Virus record (IMG/VR): IMGVR_UViG_3300003375_000001
Coordinates: 32,001 to 96,000 of that record
DNA: 64,000 nt
Strand: one strand, 5' to 3'
Source: a virus
Lineage: Duplodnaviria; Caudoviricetes
Numbering within the stretch: the first letter of the stretch is position 1; the number at the start of each line of letters is the position of its first letter. Shown one piece after another: positions 46,933-56,861 of this stretch. The translations under genes and the position numbers were made by a program. The notes under the pieces are model-generated. The model was not told where the DNA came from. It searched no databases and worked only from the letters and a program-made list of their open reading frames with translations.

Positions 46933-48664
46933 GTTACCAGTAACAGCTATAGACTTCGAGTCTATAAAGACGGCCCTCGGCAACAACCTAGGCAACTACA
47001 GCTCTTGGAAAGGATACCTGACCACGCAGACAGGCACTACTATCCTAGACTTTACGTCTGCTGTAGGCTCGTCCGCAGCCGTAAAGGGTCTAAGGTATTT
47101 TCAAGAAGCCTTTACTGATACCGCCACTTCAGACCGTGGCATATATTCCATAGCTGACATGCAGGGGGTGCGCCTCGCACGAAAGCTACCTGCTGTGATG
47201 CCTGTTCAGGTGTCTTACACCGCTCCTAGTTCTACGTCACCTCAGACTGTAGCTCTACCTAGGTTCTCTCAGTTTCAAGGCGGAGGCACTTACTGGTATA
47301 CACGAGACGCCATTACCGTGGCAACTGGAGCTACAGTAACGGTCAACATGTATCAAGGATATACCGTTCTGGTAACTACTTCAGGCTTAGGCTCAGACAA
47401 TCAGACGTTTCAGTCTAATGAAGCCGGCTTCGTGGTAGCTGACCAAGACGTTTATGTATTCGTTAACTCTACAGAACTAACCCGTGTCCCCTCAGGTCTT
47501 TGGAACTATAAAGGTGTGTCTGCTTTTGTAGATAGGACTTCTCCGACGGGGCAGCTCCTCATTCAATTCGGTAATGACTACTACGGGGCGAAACCTACTG
47601 CTTCTGACAGCGTAAACATTGTATACGCCATTACGTCTGGCGCTGATGCTAATAGCCTCAGTATGCTAACAGCTCGCATATCTCAAGTGACAGGCCAAGT
47701 GTCGGGCCTGTCTTTCTCTGCTTTAGCTAACCCCGCAGGCGGTGCAAACGAAGTTAGCCCCGCTCAGTTAAAGCATACTGGTGCAATTAGCTATGGTACG
47801 TTTAACTCTGCTGTAACCAAAAATCAATACGGTGAAGTAGCACTTACTTACCCCGGTGTTGTAGACGCTATAACCTTTGCACAGAGAGACATAGATCCTA
47901 CCAACGTTCACCTCATGAACGTTATTCAGGTAGTCCTGTTAACGTCTACTACTTGGACTACTGCTCAACAGGCTGCTTACATAGCGTATCTTCAGTCTTC
48001 AACCATGTATGCGCCGTACTTCAATCTTAGCTGGGGTACACCTAATAACGTTACCATTTCAGGTAAGCTGCACTGTTTCAACACTGCAAACCTTAGTCAG
48101 AGTTTGGCAGATGCTACTACCGCTCTGCAAAACCTTTACGCCTTGAAAGCGGGCAGTTTAAGCTATGACATAACTATAAATGACATCCATACTGTGGTAA
48201 AGGCTGCCAACACGGGGATAGACTGGCTTGAGCTTTACACGCCTACCACGGACTCCATAGTAAGCTCTACTCCCCTAGACGCACCTGCACTAAGTATACC
48301 AGTTACCGTTGGGGCACTGGCTCCAAATACCTATTCATACGCCATAGCCGTAGTTATGCCTAATGGTGTAATCGCACCAAAAAATTGGGCTACCATAACG
48401 ACTACAGGTTTAACGTCTTCCATCGAAGTAGACTGGAAGCCCTATCCTGGCGCTTTGTCTTATGAAGTATATGGCCGTCAGGGATCCGCAGGCTACGGGC
48501 TACTTACAACTGTTAGTGCGTCTACTCTTACTTGGACAGACACGGGGAGTGTAGCACCAACTACATTACCACCAACGTCAAACACAACACCCATTCAGTA
48601 CAACAACCTGGTAAGTATTTCACTAACGCCTGCCTACACGACGCGCGTTACCCGGGGGTCTTGA
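46919..48664 (+). CDS. Baseplate wedge protein (T4 gp6 / P2 gpJ-like) with FN3-like insertion
   Basis: IDFESIKTAL, FTDTATSDRGI, IQFGNDYYGAKP, YAITSGADAN, GGANE, SAVTKNQY motifs; ATG 46919. Confidence 0.88.
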   Translation: MASIELPVTAIDFESIKTALGNNLGNYSSWKGYLTTQTGTTILDFTSAVGSSAAVKGLRYFQEAFTDTATSDRGIYSIADMQGVRLARKLPAVMPVQVSYTAPSSTSPQTVALPRFSQFQGGGTYWYTRDAITVATGATVTVNMYQGYTVLVTTSGLGSDNQTFQSNEAGFVVADQDVYVFVNSTELTRVPSGLWNYKGVSAFVDRTSPTGQLLIQFGNDYYGAKPTASDSVNIVYAITSGADANSLSMLTARISQVTGQVSGLSFSALANPAGGANEVSPAQLKHTGAISYGTFNSAVTKNQYGEVALTYPGVVDAITFAQRDIDPTNVHLMNVIQVVLLTSTTWTTAQQAAYIAYLQSSTMYAPYFNLSWGTPNNVTISGKLHCFNTANLSQSLADATTALQNLYALKAGSLSYDITINDIHTVVKAANTGIDWLELYTPTTDSIVSSTPLDAPALSIPVTVGALAPNTYSYAIAVVMPNGVIAPKNWATITTTGLTSSIEVDWKPYPGALSYEVYGRQGSAGYGLLTTVSASTLTWTDTGSVAPTTLPPTSNTTPIQYNNLVSISLTPAYTTRVTRGS

Positions 48665-49401
48665 TGAACTATTCAATTCTGTGGCCTTCTTACATGGGGC
48701 ACGCGGTATGGCAGGACTTAGGCTCTGCTATTGACGCCACCTTTGCTCCAACTGTAGACGTTATTCACACGGCTCTAAAGTGGGTTAGAACTACCTACAT
48801 ACCGTCTGACGCTACTATAGCCAGCACGCAGTTTCAGCAGCTAATAGACTTTAGTTCCTGGACCACTTACGACCAGACTGTAGATATTCAGCGCCTGAAC
48901 TTTTTAGGTCTCAACATATCTGAGCCCGATATCTTGAGACCGGAGGACACGTCTAGGTTCATTCAAAACATAGGCTCGTACTGGTTTGAAAAAGGCAAAG
49001 CTAGCTTCATTGACTTTCTAGGCTTCTGCCTTAATGTCAACGTAACAGTCACTAAGCTGTGGACAGAAGATTACGTAAACTTTGTGCCTGAAGGTGACCC
49101 CAGCATAGGGACTACCGTGCTAAACGGTGGAACCTGGTATCCAACAACTCATGTTCGCCTTTTGTACGACAACTCTAACTTTGCTGGCACGCCTGTCACC
49201 AAAGTGGTTAAGCTATTCTACGACATCTGTCCCTACAACCTTGTTATAGAATCAGTGTATAGCTCTCAGAACTTGGCAGTTATAAGGACAGATCAGGTGC
49301 CAGTTTCAGTTCCACAAGCAGCACCCATCATTTTTACGGGTAACATAACCCATAGCATTCAGATTATACCCTCGCTTATAGCGCCAACACCCTCAGCCTA
49401 G
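48664..49401 (+). CDS. Baseplate wedge protein (gp7 / P2 gpI-like)
   Basis: ATG 48664 overlapping the upstream TGA; LNFLGL..YWFEKGKASFIDFLG..V..LW pattern. Confidence 0.6.
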   Translation: MNYSILWPSYMGHAVWQDLGSAIDATFAPTVDVIHTALKWVRTTYIPSDATIASTQFQQLIDFSSWTTYDQTVDIQRLNFLGLNISEPDILRPEDTSRFIQNIGSYWFEKGKASFIDFLGFCLNVNVTVTKLWTEDYVNFVPEGDPSIGTTVLNGGTWYPTTHVRLLYDNSNFAGTPVTKVVKLFYDICPYNLVIESVYSSQNLAVIRTDQVPVSVPQAAPIIFTGNITHSIQIIPSLIAPTPSA

Positions 49402-49410
49402 GACTAACCG

Positions 49411-51264
49411 ATGACAACACCTACAGCCTTTTATCTTGTTGGAGACGGCGTTAACCTTATAAACAACGCCGCAACTGGAATACCTACAATCCGAATATCT
49501 CAGTTCAAGCTGGGTAGTCAGGTTAACTATCAGCCGGAGTCTACCGATCATGACATTAGGGGAACTCTCGTATATCAAGGTACTATAACAAGCGTCACCC
49601 AGTTTGATCACGATACCATTAGGGTCACTATTCAACTACCACCAAATGTGGGCCCTTTCAGCTTTGGCGAAGTAGGCCTTTACACAGATGCCGGTGTGCT
49701 AGTTGCCTTGTGCAGCTACCCAGTCTTGCAGAATAAGTTAGAAGTCACCACATCTGGTATTGTTAACCCTTGGACCATCAGTGCTTTAATTCAAGCAACT
49801 CAAGGCACTGGTATATTCTTTCTGTCCAACGCTGTTTCACCTATTGTGCCAGAGTTCCCTGACTTCTCTTACGTGACACAGCCTTCTGGCATGGTCGGAC
49901 AACCTAATGTCATAGTCGTTAGAGAAGGAACGGCTGACGGTCAACCTATAACTCTCGTAGCCAATAGCACAGACTGGTCCCCAATAGACTGGACTCCTAT
50001 CGCTACCGTAGTACCTTCGTTTGTCGATCCCGACTCTCTGTCTTTCCCGGGCATTGATCAGTTGGACGGCAGCACTAGCGGTAGGTATCTTTTGAGCGAT
50101 GGTCTTGGTAACCTTATAACCATTCAGTCAATTTACCTCAGTACGGCTTTACTTCCTAGAATTGTTACCTGGCTATACGTTACTAATTCATATACCTTGT
50201 ATGAAAAGACCTCGTATAGAACTGGTAAATCAGCTATTAGTGTATCAGACGCTAACGGCTTTGTATCCCAGATAAACAAGGTCTGGTCTGCCCCTACAGG
50301 TACCGTTGCTACGGGGCCTTCGCGTTTTGGTATAAACGACAGTGCGCTTCCTTACTACGGATACGGCCAGCCGGCTGTGTCTAACCTAACTGACGTGACC
50401 GACCCCCTTGAGTGGCAGGGGTTTATTGAGGCTCTTACGTCTACGGCCACGCTTCTAGGCCTACCTATCCCCGTTAACCTCACAGGATTTTCTGCTCAAG
50501 CTCTCTCGGCTTACAACAACGAGTACCAACTCGACACCATAAAGTCCCTCCTGTCTCAGATAACCACGAGCAGGCTTCGCATACCTACCAAGAATCTTGA
50601 GTATTCTGCTTTCGTAAATCAGATTCTTGCCACCACTAACAACAATAGAATCCATTACAACGTAACGGCCACGTTCGCTGACCAACCGTCAGAGTACGCT
50701 TACTTTAACTCAGGCGGGTCTATATGCTTCCAGTTAGAAGACGGTATAAGCAACCTACCGGCACAGACTTATACGGAGTACATGACAAGGTCTATACTAA
50801 GTCAGCTAGGCACAATTCGGTTCCATGGATTGGCTTGTGAATCGCTAGGACAACTTAAGGTAAAGGGTCGTAACTCCTTTAGCCTATCACCATCCGGCCC
50901 TTCGTATCGTGGTAATCGTAACCCCGGTATTGGCTACAGCTCAGAGTCATTCCTAGGGTTCTATTCTCTTTCAGTAGGTCAGCGCGCAGAGGTATTTAGT
51001 TACGTGGTACCTCTTGGTACAGATGGAGGCTCAGCCGCAGGCTCTCAGATTCTTGAGATAGGCATATATGCAACTCGTACAACCGCGTCGGTAATTATGC
51101 TAGAATGCTGGGTAAACATACTAGCCTACTCTGACTACGCGGCAGGAAACTTCACGGTGTCTACGCCTAGGCAGACAACAATAACGGTGTATGCTGCGCG
51201 TGCCTCTTCGTCCTACATGTCGGTCAACTACCCTACCCTGGTAGCCGACGCAACTAACTGGTAA
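49411..51264 (+). CDS. Baseplate-proximal tail fibre / attachment protein (P2 gpH N-terminal, DUF3751-like)
   Basis: ISQFKLGS..Y.P..T...G.LVY..LPPNVGPFSFGEVGLY..G.LVA..YP..K. Confidence 0.75.
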   Translation: MTTPTAFYLVGDGVNLINNAATGIPTIRISQFKLGSQVNYQPESTDHDIRGTLVYQGTITSVTQFDHDTIRVTIQLPPNVGPFSFGEVGLYTDAGVLVALCSYPVLQNKLEVTTSGIVNPWTISALIQATQGTGIFFLSNAVSPIVPEFPDFSYVTQPSGMVGQPNVIVVREGTADGQPITLVANSTDWSPIDWTPIATVVPSFVDPDSLSFPGIDQLDGSTSGRYLLSDGLGNLITIQSIYLSTALLPRIVTWLYVTNSYTLYEKTSYRTGKSAISVSDANGFVSQINKVWSAPTGTVATGPSRFGINDSALPYYGYGQPAVSNLTDVTDPLEWQGFIEALTSTATLLGLPIPVNLTGFSAQALSAYNNEYQLDTIKSLLSQITTSRLRIPTKNLEYSAFVNQILATTNNNRIHYNVTATFADQPSEYAYFNSGGSICFQLEDGISNLPAQTYTEYMTRSILSQLGTIRFHGLACESLGQLKVKGRNSFSLSPSGPSYRGNRNPGIGYSSESFLGFYSLSVGQRAEVFSYVVPLGTDGGSAAGSQILEIGIYATRTTASVIMLECWVNILAYSDYAAGNFTVSTPRQTTITVYAARASSSYMSVNYPTLVADATNW

Positions 51265-51269
51265 TTCAA

Positions 51270-53210
51270 ATGAACCTCATACAAATTCTGTTTGCGTTTG
51301 TCATTGCTTATATCAAAGGCGAGTCGCCAGTCAAGTCGCTCTCTACCGTTATGTCGAAGGAGAATCAAGGCACACTTCTAAAGATGATACCTGGAATGAA
51401 GCCTTACATAGACGCCTATAATAGTGGAGGTGACTTGGACTGGGAAGGGCTTAGCAGCTTGGTATCGGCTTTTAACGCAGCTTACCTTAAGCAGCCTGAT
51501 GCCAAGGCTTCTTACGGAGACATCCTCAAGACCTTTGCTCTGTGGTTTAGAACAGGCAGTGCGTCTGCTTTTACTAAGCTGGAGAAGCTATCTACTAGAG
51601 TAAAAGACCAGGCAATCCCTGCGGCTTTCACTAAGGAAGAAGTAGACCAAGGGCCCATTAAAGATCAGATGACTAAGGTAGTAAAGAAGCTCGGAGGCTC
51701 TGGCTCCGCTCTTACTCCGGATGAAGCCAGAGAGGCTAAGGTAAAAAATCCTGATCTCTATAAGACCTACTTGAGTCTTAGAAAGCAGTACTCGGAGTCC
51801 TGGAAGACCGCTTTGTCGAACTATGTTCGCAACTCAGGCAAAACCATGGTCCCGTTTAAGGAAGTGGAAGCGTACTTCAAGACGCTAGGTATTCAGCATA
51901 CTATGCCCACGGGGTTTACAGGTAACATCGATGCTAAGGGTACCTGGTATACGTCGTCTGGTAAGGAAATTCAAGGCGTACCAGCTGCGGCTCTTTTCCC
52001 CACAGTTAAGATGAACCCTAAGCCTGACCATGCACCTTGGGTGTTTCAGACCGTACGAAACACCGGAGAACTGGGTAATCAGTTCTACACGCTGGAGTTT
52101 CAACGTAATCAGGCTCAGCAGAAATTTGCTAAGGTGGCTGACTTCAATCCCGACAAGATTAAAGGTGAATGGCGTTCTCTAATAACGGGCTTTGACTACT
52201 ATAACCCCAAGTGCGTTGCAGCTATAGTCATTGAACTCTTGTATAGGTCTTCACATAGAGTAGGAACCACTGGAGGTAACGCATCAGGTGGGGGCTTTGG
52301 TATCTGCACGCTCCAGAAGCAGCACTTTTACCCTCAGACTGACGGCGGAATAAAGTTCATGTACCTTGGTAAAGATAACGTCAAGTTCACCTATAAGCTT
52401 AGTCCTAACGTGGACCAGATAGCCAAGAAGATATGCGAGGTCGTTCACGAAATGGCTAAAGACAAGAAGCCAAGAGACGCCTTGTTTACTTACTGGACTA
52501 AAGGCGGTAAACCTAAACACCTCACTCCGCAAGTCGTTAACGCAGTATTCGGTAGCATGTCGGGAGGCCTCACTATCCATAAGCTTCGTACCTATAAAGG
52601 CACAAAGCTTTTCCGTGAGTATCTAGCCTCCGTGTTTTCTAAACGCACCAACGTTTCTAGCGGCGACGCGATGGAACTTCTGCGCAAGGGCGCCACACTA
52701 GTAGGTAAAGAGCTTAATCACGTCAAGAGATCGGCAGACGGGAGCGAAAACGTAACTCCAAATACTGCTATCAAGAATTACATTGACCCAAGTGCACAAG
52801 CAGAACTGTTCTTACACTACGGGTTGCCTCTGCCGTCTTACCTGGAAAAGCTTGTGGGTGGATCAGAGATAGCATCACTGGTTACTGCATCTGACGGTAC
52901 TCCTGCTGTTAAGCCTGTTGCTCCTGTAAAACCTGTAGATACGCCTACACAACCACCGGCTGTTGCTCCGGTAAAACCTGTAGCACCCGTTCAGCCTACA
53001 CAACCAACGGCCCCACCTGCGCCTGTAGCTCCCGCGCCCCAACCAGCACCAGCTCAAACTCCCCCTCAGCAGCCTGTAGCTGCGCCTCAGCCTGTTCAAC
53101 CGCAGGTACCTCAGCCACACCCCGATGACGTAGAAGAACCCATAGAATTAAGGCTTGATCCTCGCATGGAGTCGTACCTCTCTGGAGAGACAGACCTGTG
53201 GCAGTACTAG
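51270..53210 (+). CDS. Type IB DNA topoisomerase-domain protein with ~300-aa N-terminal extension and Pro-rich tail
   Basis: Catalytic pentad R330 (HRVG), K368 (YLGK), R440 (KLRTYKGT), H484 (LNH), Y504 (KNYIDP); spacing comparable to vaccinia R130/K167/R223/H265/Y274. Confidence 0.85.
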   Translation: MNLIQILFAFVIAYIKGESPVKSLSTVMSKENQGTLLKMIPGMKPYIDAYNSGGDLDWEGLSSLVSAFNAAYLKQPDAKASYGDILKTFALWFRTGSASAFTKLEKLSTRVKDQAIPAAFTKEEVDQGPIKDQMTKVVKKLGGSGSALTPDEAREAKVKNPDLYKTYLSLRKQYSESWKTALSNYVRNSGKTMVPFKEVEAYFKTLGIQHTMPTGFTGNIDAKGTWYTSSGKEIQGVPAAALFPTVKMNPKPDHAPWVFQTVRNTGELGNQFYTLEFQRNQAQQKFAKVADFNPDKIKGEWRSLITGFDYYNPKCVAAIVIELLYRSSHRVGTTGGNASGGGFGICTLQKQHFYPQTDGGIKFMYLGKDNVKFTYKLSPNVDQIAKKICEVVHEMAKDKKPRDALFTYWTKGGKPKHLTPQVVNAVFGSMSGGLTIHKLRTYKGTKLFREYLASVFSKRTNVSSGDAMELLRKGATLVGKELNHVKRSADGSENVTPNTAIKNYIDPSAQAELFLHYGLPLPSYLEKLVGGSEIASLVTASDGTPAVKPVAPVKPVDTPTQPPAVAPVKPVAPVQPTQPTAPPAPVAPAPQPAPAQTPPQQPVAAPQPVQPQVPQPHPDDVEEPIELRLDPRMESYLSGETDLWQY

Positions 53211-53226
53211 CCAATTGGTGTCTATG

Positions 53227-53262
53227 GAGGGGCTATAACTGTTAATCAGGTTATAGCCCCTC
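53227..53262 (+). terminator. Perfect 13-bp hairpin separating the virion operon from the replication block (terminator-like, no U-tract)
   Basis: GAGGGGCTATAAC-TGTTAATCAG-GTTATAGCCCCTC. Confidence 0.55.
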
Positions 53263-53292
53263 AGTCTATTACAACTCGGAGTTTATACTAAC

Positions 53293-54354
53293 ATGGATTT
53301 AAGCGCATTCGAAGTTGGTCTCAAGGTTATTGAGTCCGCCTGTGGCCCCATTCCGTCATTCTTCATTCATCCTGAAAAGAAGCGTACCGTCCTATCCGGA
53401 ACTAGCGCGGGGTCCTTGGCTACGTTTAACGTACCAGGAATACTCGAAGGTCTAGAAGGGCCTATCGAAGTACAGAAGGACGTGTTCTTGTCTGCCATTA
53501 AAGGCCGCAAAGAAGGTACAGTGACCTTGGTTGATGGCCAGCTTGTAATCGTAGCTGGCTCTTATAAGACGCAGGTTAACGTTACTGACTCGCGCGAAGC
53601 CCTAGCTATAGGCGAACCTTCAGAAGGTCAAGTCTTTGACATGACACCTGAACTGCATGCTTACCTAAGCAAGACATTACCTCAACTCCGAATTGAACGC
53701 GTACACAGCGCGCTACCTGATGTTCTAGTACATTTGCGCCTTACGGCCAAACAAGCTTTCGCTGTGACCTTTGATCCTATGCAGTTGTGCTTTCTTACTG
53801 GCCCTAATAAGACAGGTACAGAGTTTTTAGCTACACTGCCTTACACCCGGTTCTCTTCTTTCATTAAAGACCTACCTGTAGCTAACTCAAGGATTGTCAT
53901 AACACCTGAGGCAATCTTTGCGTTCACTAAAACGTTCTCAGTTCAAATAGCCGTGCCTGTTGTGGATGAAAGTTCAGCCGCGTCACCGGATGAGGTGTAC
54001 GAGAAGGCTAAAGAAGTATCGAAGGTAAAGACAGACACTGCGGTTACTCTTTCTAAAGGTGAAATGGAACTGTTCCTAGACAATGCCAAAGCTCTTGTAG
54101 CCGTTGGCACTGAAGTTCAGTTCGTGCCGTCAAAGAAGGGTACAACGCTTATCGTTGATTCACCTAAAGGTAAGGTAACACTAGGCCTGAAGACCGCCAA
54201 CAAACATGAGAAGTTTGGACTGGACTACCGCTTCGTTCAAGCCTTGTTGCTTAAGTCAACAGACGAACTTAGTTTCTTTATTGTGGACAATACCTACGTG
54301 GTATCAAAGGCTAACGTAGTATACGTGGCTTTGTTGTCGGCTGGGGACGAGTAG
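53293..54354 (+). CDS. Probable DNA sliding clamp (beta-clamp-like)
   Basis: 353 aa, about beta-clamp size; alternating alpha/beta pattern; FGLDYRFVQALL resembles the clamp FNxxY segment; heads the replication genes. Confidence 0.5.
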   Translation: MDLSAFEVGLKVIESACGPIPSFFIHPEKKRTVLSGTSAGSLATFNVPGILEGLEGPIEVQKDVFLSAIKGRKEGTVTLVDGQLVIVAGSYKTQVNVTDSREALAIGEPSEGQVFDMTPELHAYLSKTLPQLRIERVHSALPDVLVHLRLTAKQAFAVTFDPMQLCFLTGPNKTGTEFLATLPYTRFSSFIKDLPVANSRIVITPEAIFAFTKTFSVQIAVPVVDESSAASPDEVYEKAKEVSKVKTDTAVTLSKGEMELFLDNAKALVAVGTEVQFVPSKKGTTLIVDSPKGKVTLGLKTANKHEKFGLDYRFVQALLLKSTDELSFFIVDNTYVVSKANVVYVALLSAGDE

Positions 54355-54356
54355 TC

Positions 54357-54758
54357 ATGATAGGGGTAACGTTTCCCATAACTTACCCTAGTGGTATTCT
54401 ATACGAGACTGACGATGGAATATTTTACCCGCGACACACTGTAGCTAGAGGGCATTACGTCTTTGATAGGTTTCAGCCTACGCAAGCTCTTACCACTATC
54501 TTGCTAGACATATACCACTGCGAAGACGTAGGCTATCTAATAAAGCCAAAGACTCTAGGCCGACATGTTTGGCCCACTGGCGTTATGGCTGTTGTCAACT
54601 CTCGTATAAACGACGATCAAACCTTCGTTAATAAAGACAAGGTATCCCTGGTTTTCAAAGGTGACTTCTACTTACACAACGTAGAAAACACCGCAACTCT
54701 TTTAACCATAGATTCTCTTCCTTTGAGCGTAGAGAAGCTCCTAACTATACAGGGGTAA
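54357..54758 (+). CDS. Hypothetical protein
   Basis: 133 aa, tightly packed in the operon. Confidence 0.6.
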   Translation: MIGVTFPITYPSGILYETDDGIFYPRHTVARGHYVFDRFQPTQALTTILLDIYHCEDVGYLIKPKTLGRHVWPTGVMAVVNSRINDDQTFVNKDKVSLVFKGDFYLHNVENTATLLTIDSLPLSVEKLLTIQG

Positions 54759-54762
54759 CGCC

Positions 54763-55113
54763 ATGGTAGTCTCTACAGGTCTTCCTCGTCCATTGCTACC
54801 TGAAGGCCATGATATAACAATAAAACTGACGGCTAATCCCAAGTCTGACTTTACCAGTATTGTCAATACGGAAGAAGCCTATCAGTTCTATAAGGGAATT
54901 CTCACTGGTCAGCTCGAATGCACTCCGGACGTATTAAAAACCAACTTCAGACTAGCTCCTCACTGGCCTGAAGTTGTAGGTGTGGTATCTGCATTAAACA
55001 ACCGTTGGCTAGACTTCAAGAAGGCTAATGACAAAACCCGTGAGTTTGTTTTCAGTAAGACTCTAGCCTTTCACGTCGATATGAAAAGAAAAGAGGGTCT
55101 ATGGCTTCTTTGA
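54763..55113 (+). CDS. Hypothetical protein
   Basis: 116 aa; AGGGG RBS. Confidence 0.6.
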   Translation: MVVSTGLPRPLLPEGHDITIKLTANPKSDFTSIVNTEEAYQFYKGILTGQLECTPDVLKTNFRLAPHWPEVVGVVSALNNRWLDFKKANDKTREFVFSKTLAFHVDMKRKEGLWLL

Positions 55114-55628
55114 ATGACATCAGAGAAGACGAGCAGTACCTTCAATTCAAGAAGGTCCTAAAGATAGCCGAAGGTAAGATAAGTCTCGAAGCCATTCTAG
55201 ATGAAGCCAAGCTGATTCATTCCAGTAGGCCTTCACGTAACTTGTATAAGACTAAGCTGGAACCCACTGCGGTGTTTAACGCTGCGGCTAACGACGTTAA
55301 CGCTCGGTCTCGGCTAGTCGAGGTGCGTGCTCAGGTATACAGACAACGCCGTGTAATAGCAAGAGCCACGACTGGCATGCGCACGTATTTATCTACTAGC
55401 TATGCCACGGCTATAAAAAGTCGGGCAACGACACAGCAGGAACGTAAGGCAGTACTAGATCGCATACTTAGTAAGGCTTTGGACATGGTATCAGAGTTTG
55501 ATGACACCCTGGAACAGATAGACCTCTATATCAAAGACATTGACCAAACAGGCTTTGCCATCAAGAACATCACAGAAGTCCTCAAGCTATTGATGGCTCC
55601 TAATAGTGCAGGCAAGGTAGAAGTATGA
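55101..55628 (+). CDS. UvsY-like recombination mediator (tentative)
   Basis: All-helical 175 aa; C-terminal IKDIDQTGFAIKNI resembles the UvsY GFAIK motif; adjacent to a UvsW-like helicase as in T4. Confidence 0.5.
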   Translation: MASLNDIREDEQYLQFKKVLKIAEGKISLEAILDEAKLIHSSRPSRNLYKTKLEPTAVFNAAANDVNARSRLVEVRAQVYRQRRVIARATTGMRTYLSTSYATAIKSRATTQQERKAVLDRILSKALDMVSEFDDTLEQIDLYIKDIDQTGFAIKNITEVLKLLMAPNSAGKVEV

Positions 55629-55643
55629 CGGTAGAAGCCAGGC

Positions 55644-56861
55644 TTAAGCTGACTTCAAGTAAGATACAAGTTCCTTGTACCCTTGTCTACCCTTAAATAC
55701 TTTAAGTGGTGATTTAAGTTTTTGACACCATACTATCAAAACGTAGTCTCCCCAGTTACGTTCTTCTGAAGCTAGTTGGGCGTACTTGAACTTGTTAAGC
55801 ACGCCTTTTTGCTTAACCCACCAGGTGCTCTTTACCTCTACTAGGTGCTTTACACCAGAAGACGACTTTGCACACAGATCAGGAAAGTAGTATCGCTTCT
55901 GTTCATTATTCCAATATGGAATGTATATCTTAAGTCTTTCCGCAGAATCAACGGTAAAGCCCTTTGACTCTAGCCACGCGGCTACAAAAGGCTCATATCC
56001 TTGTAATGACAGCACTCGCCCTGATACTGTTGTGAAGAGTTTTCTTGCCCTATACGTTTTAGCTGACTTTGACTTAGCGTCCTCTGACATTATGGAGAAG
56101 GGTACGCCATACTTCTCCATGCATGTAGCCATTACCTTAGCTCGTACTTTTTTGTTCTTCATAGCTGAGGTCGCCCCAAACCTTTTCATGTTTGTCGCAA
56201 CAGTCTTTCGCCTAATGTCCTTTGATTGCTGTGCGTGTTCTACTCCGTATAATGCTAGCATTTTTGCTTTTGACTTTTCCTTAACTGCTAACGATTGTTG
56301 AGGGCTTTTAACACCATGGTTCTTCTTGCAAGTCTTCTGCATGGCAGCTAATATAGTATCGCCTCTTACTTCCCAGTTTCGCTTTTGGGACTCCGAACTT
56401 TTTCGCTTGACATGATCAAGCTGTATAGGGTTATTAACTCCATACTTCTTCATCATGTCTCGTTTACGACTGGACTGATACTCTTCCGAGCCTTGCCATT
56501 CTTTTGAACAAGCCATAGAACAAAATCTGTTTTTAGGCCTAGTGAATAAATAGCCTCCACTCAAAGGTATAGTACGACCTGTCTTACACCACTGACAGTT
56601 GTATTCCCCAATCGCCATAAGGTATACTTTAAGCCATCTGTCTCTCATAGGTCCAAACCGTTTGCTGTTAACGTACTCTGACCTATCCGGAGAGTTGGGT
56701 CCCGCAACAATGGCTAACTTAATGAACTCGCTCTCACTGTTTGATATGTTCAGGTCGGACGGGCAGTTCTGTCTGACCACGTCACGCAGCTTTCTAGCGC
56801 TGGTGTACTCACCAAAATTTACCACTGCCTTGACGGCGTGCTTGAAGGTGTAAGATTTCAT
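55644..56861 (-). CDS. Free-standing homing-endonuclease-like protein (KYGV repeats plus PD-(D/E)xK nuclease)
   Basis: Only credible minus-strand gene; Cys cluster CQWC..CSMAC; five ~19-aa (K/R)(Y/H/F)G(V/A) repeats; C-terminal RYYFPDL..LVEVKS; start 56861 preferred to 56888. Confidence 0.8.
   Translation of the reverse strand: MKSYTFKHAVKAVVNFGEYTSARKLRDVVRQNCPSDLNISNSESEFIKLAIVAGPNSPDRSEYVNSKRFGPMRDRWLKVYLMAIGEYNCQWCKTGRTIPLSGGYLFTRPKNRFCSMACSKEWQGSEEYQSSRKRDMMKKYGVNNPIQLDHVKRKSSESQKRNWEVRGDTILAAMQKTCKKNHGVKSPQQSLAVKEKSKAKMLALYGVEHAQQSKDIRRKTVATNMKRFGATSAMKNKKVRAKVMATCMEKYGVPFSIMSEDAKSKSAKTYRARKLFTTVSGRVLSLQGYEPFVAAWLESKGFTVDSAERLKIYIPYWNNEQKRYYFPDLCAKSSSGVKHLVEVKSTWWVKQKGVLNKFKYAQLASEERNWGDYVLIVWCQKLKSPLKVFKGRQGYKELVSYLKSA

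Noticed and set aside
52877-53130. Short repeats (CCTGTAGCA/CCTGTTGCT) considered as a CRISPR-like or DNA-level array
   Set aside because: They encode the in-frame Pro/Val/Ala/Gln tail (VKPVAP repeats); there are no constant repeats with unique spacers
51270-53210. Alternative reading of the TopIB-like protein as an integrase or protelomerase
   Set aside because: RVG, LGK, KLRTYxGT and YIDP fit TopIB better than the integrase HxLR/LGH or protelomerase GRRxxE patterns; not fully excluded without an HMM search
53284-53289. TATACT as a -10 box for the clamp-like gene
   Set aside because: No -35 at proper spacing, and the implied TSS would fall at or after the ATG
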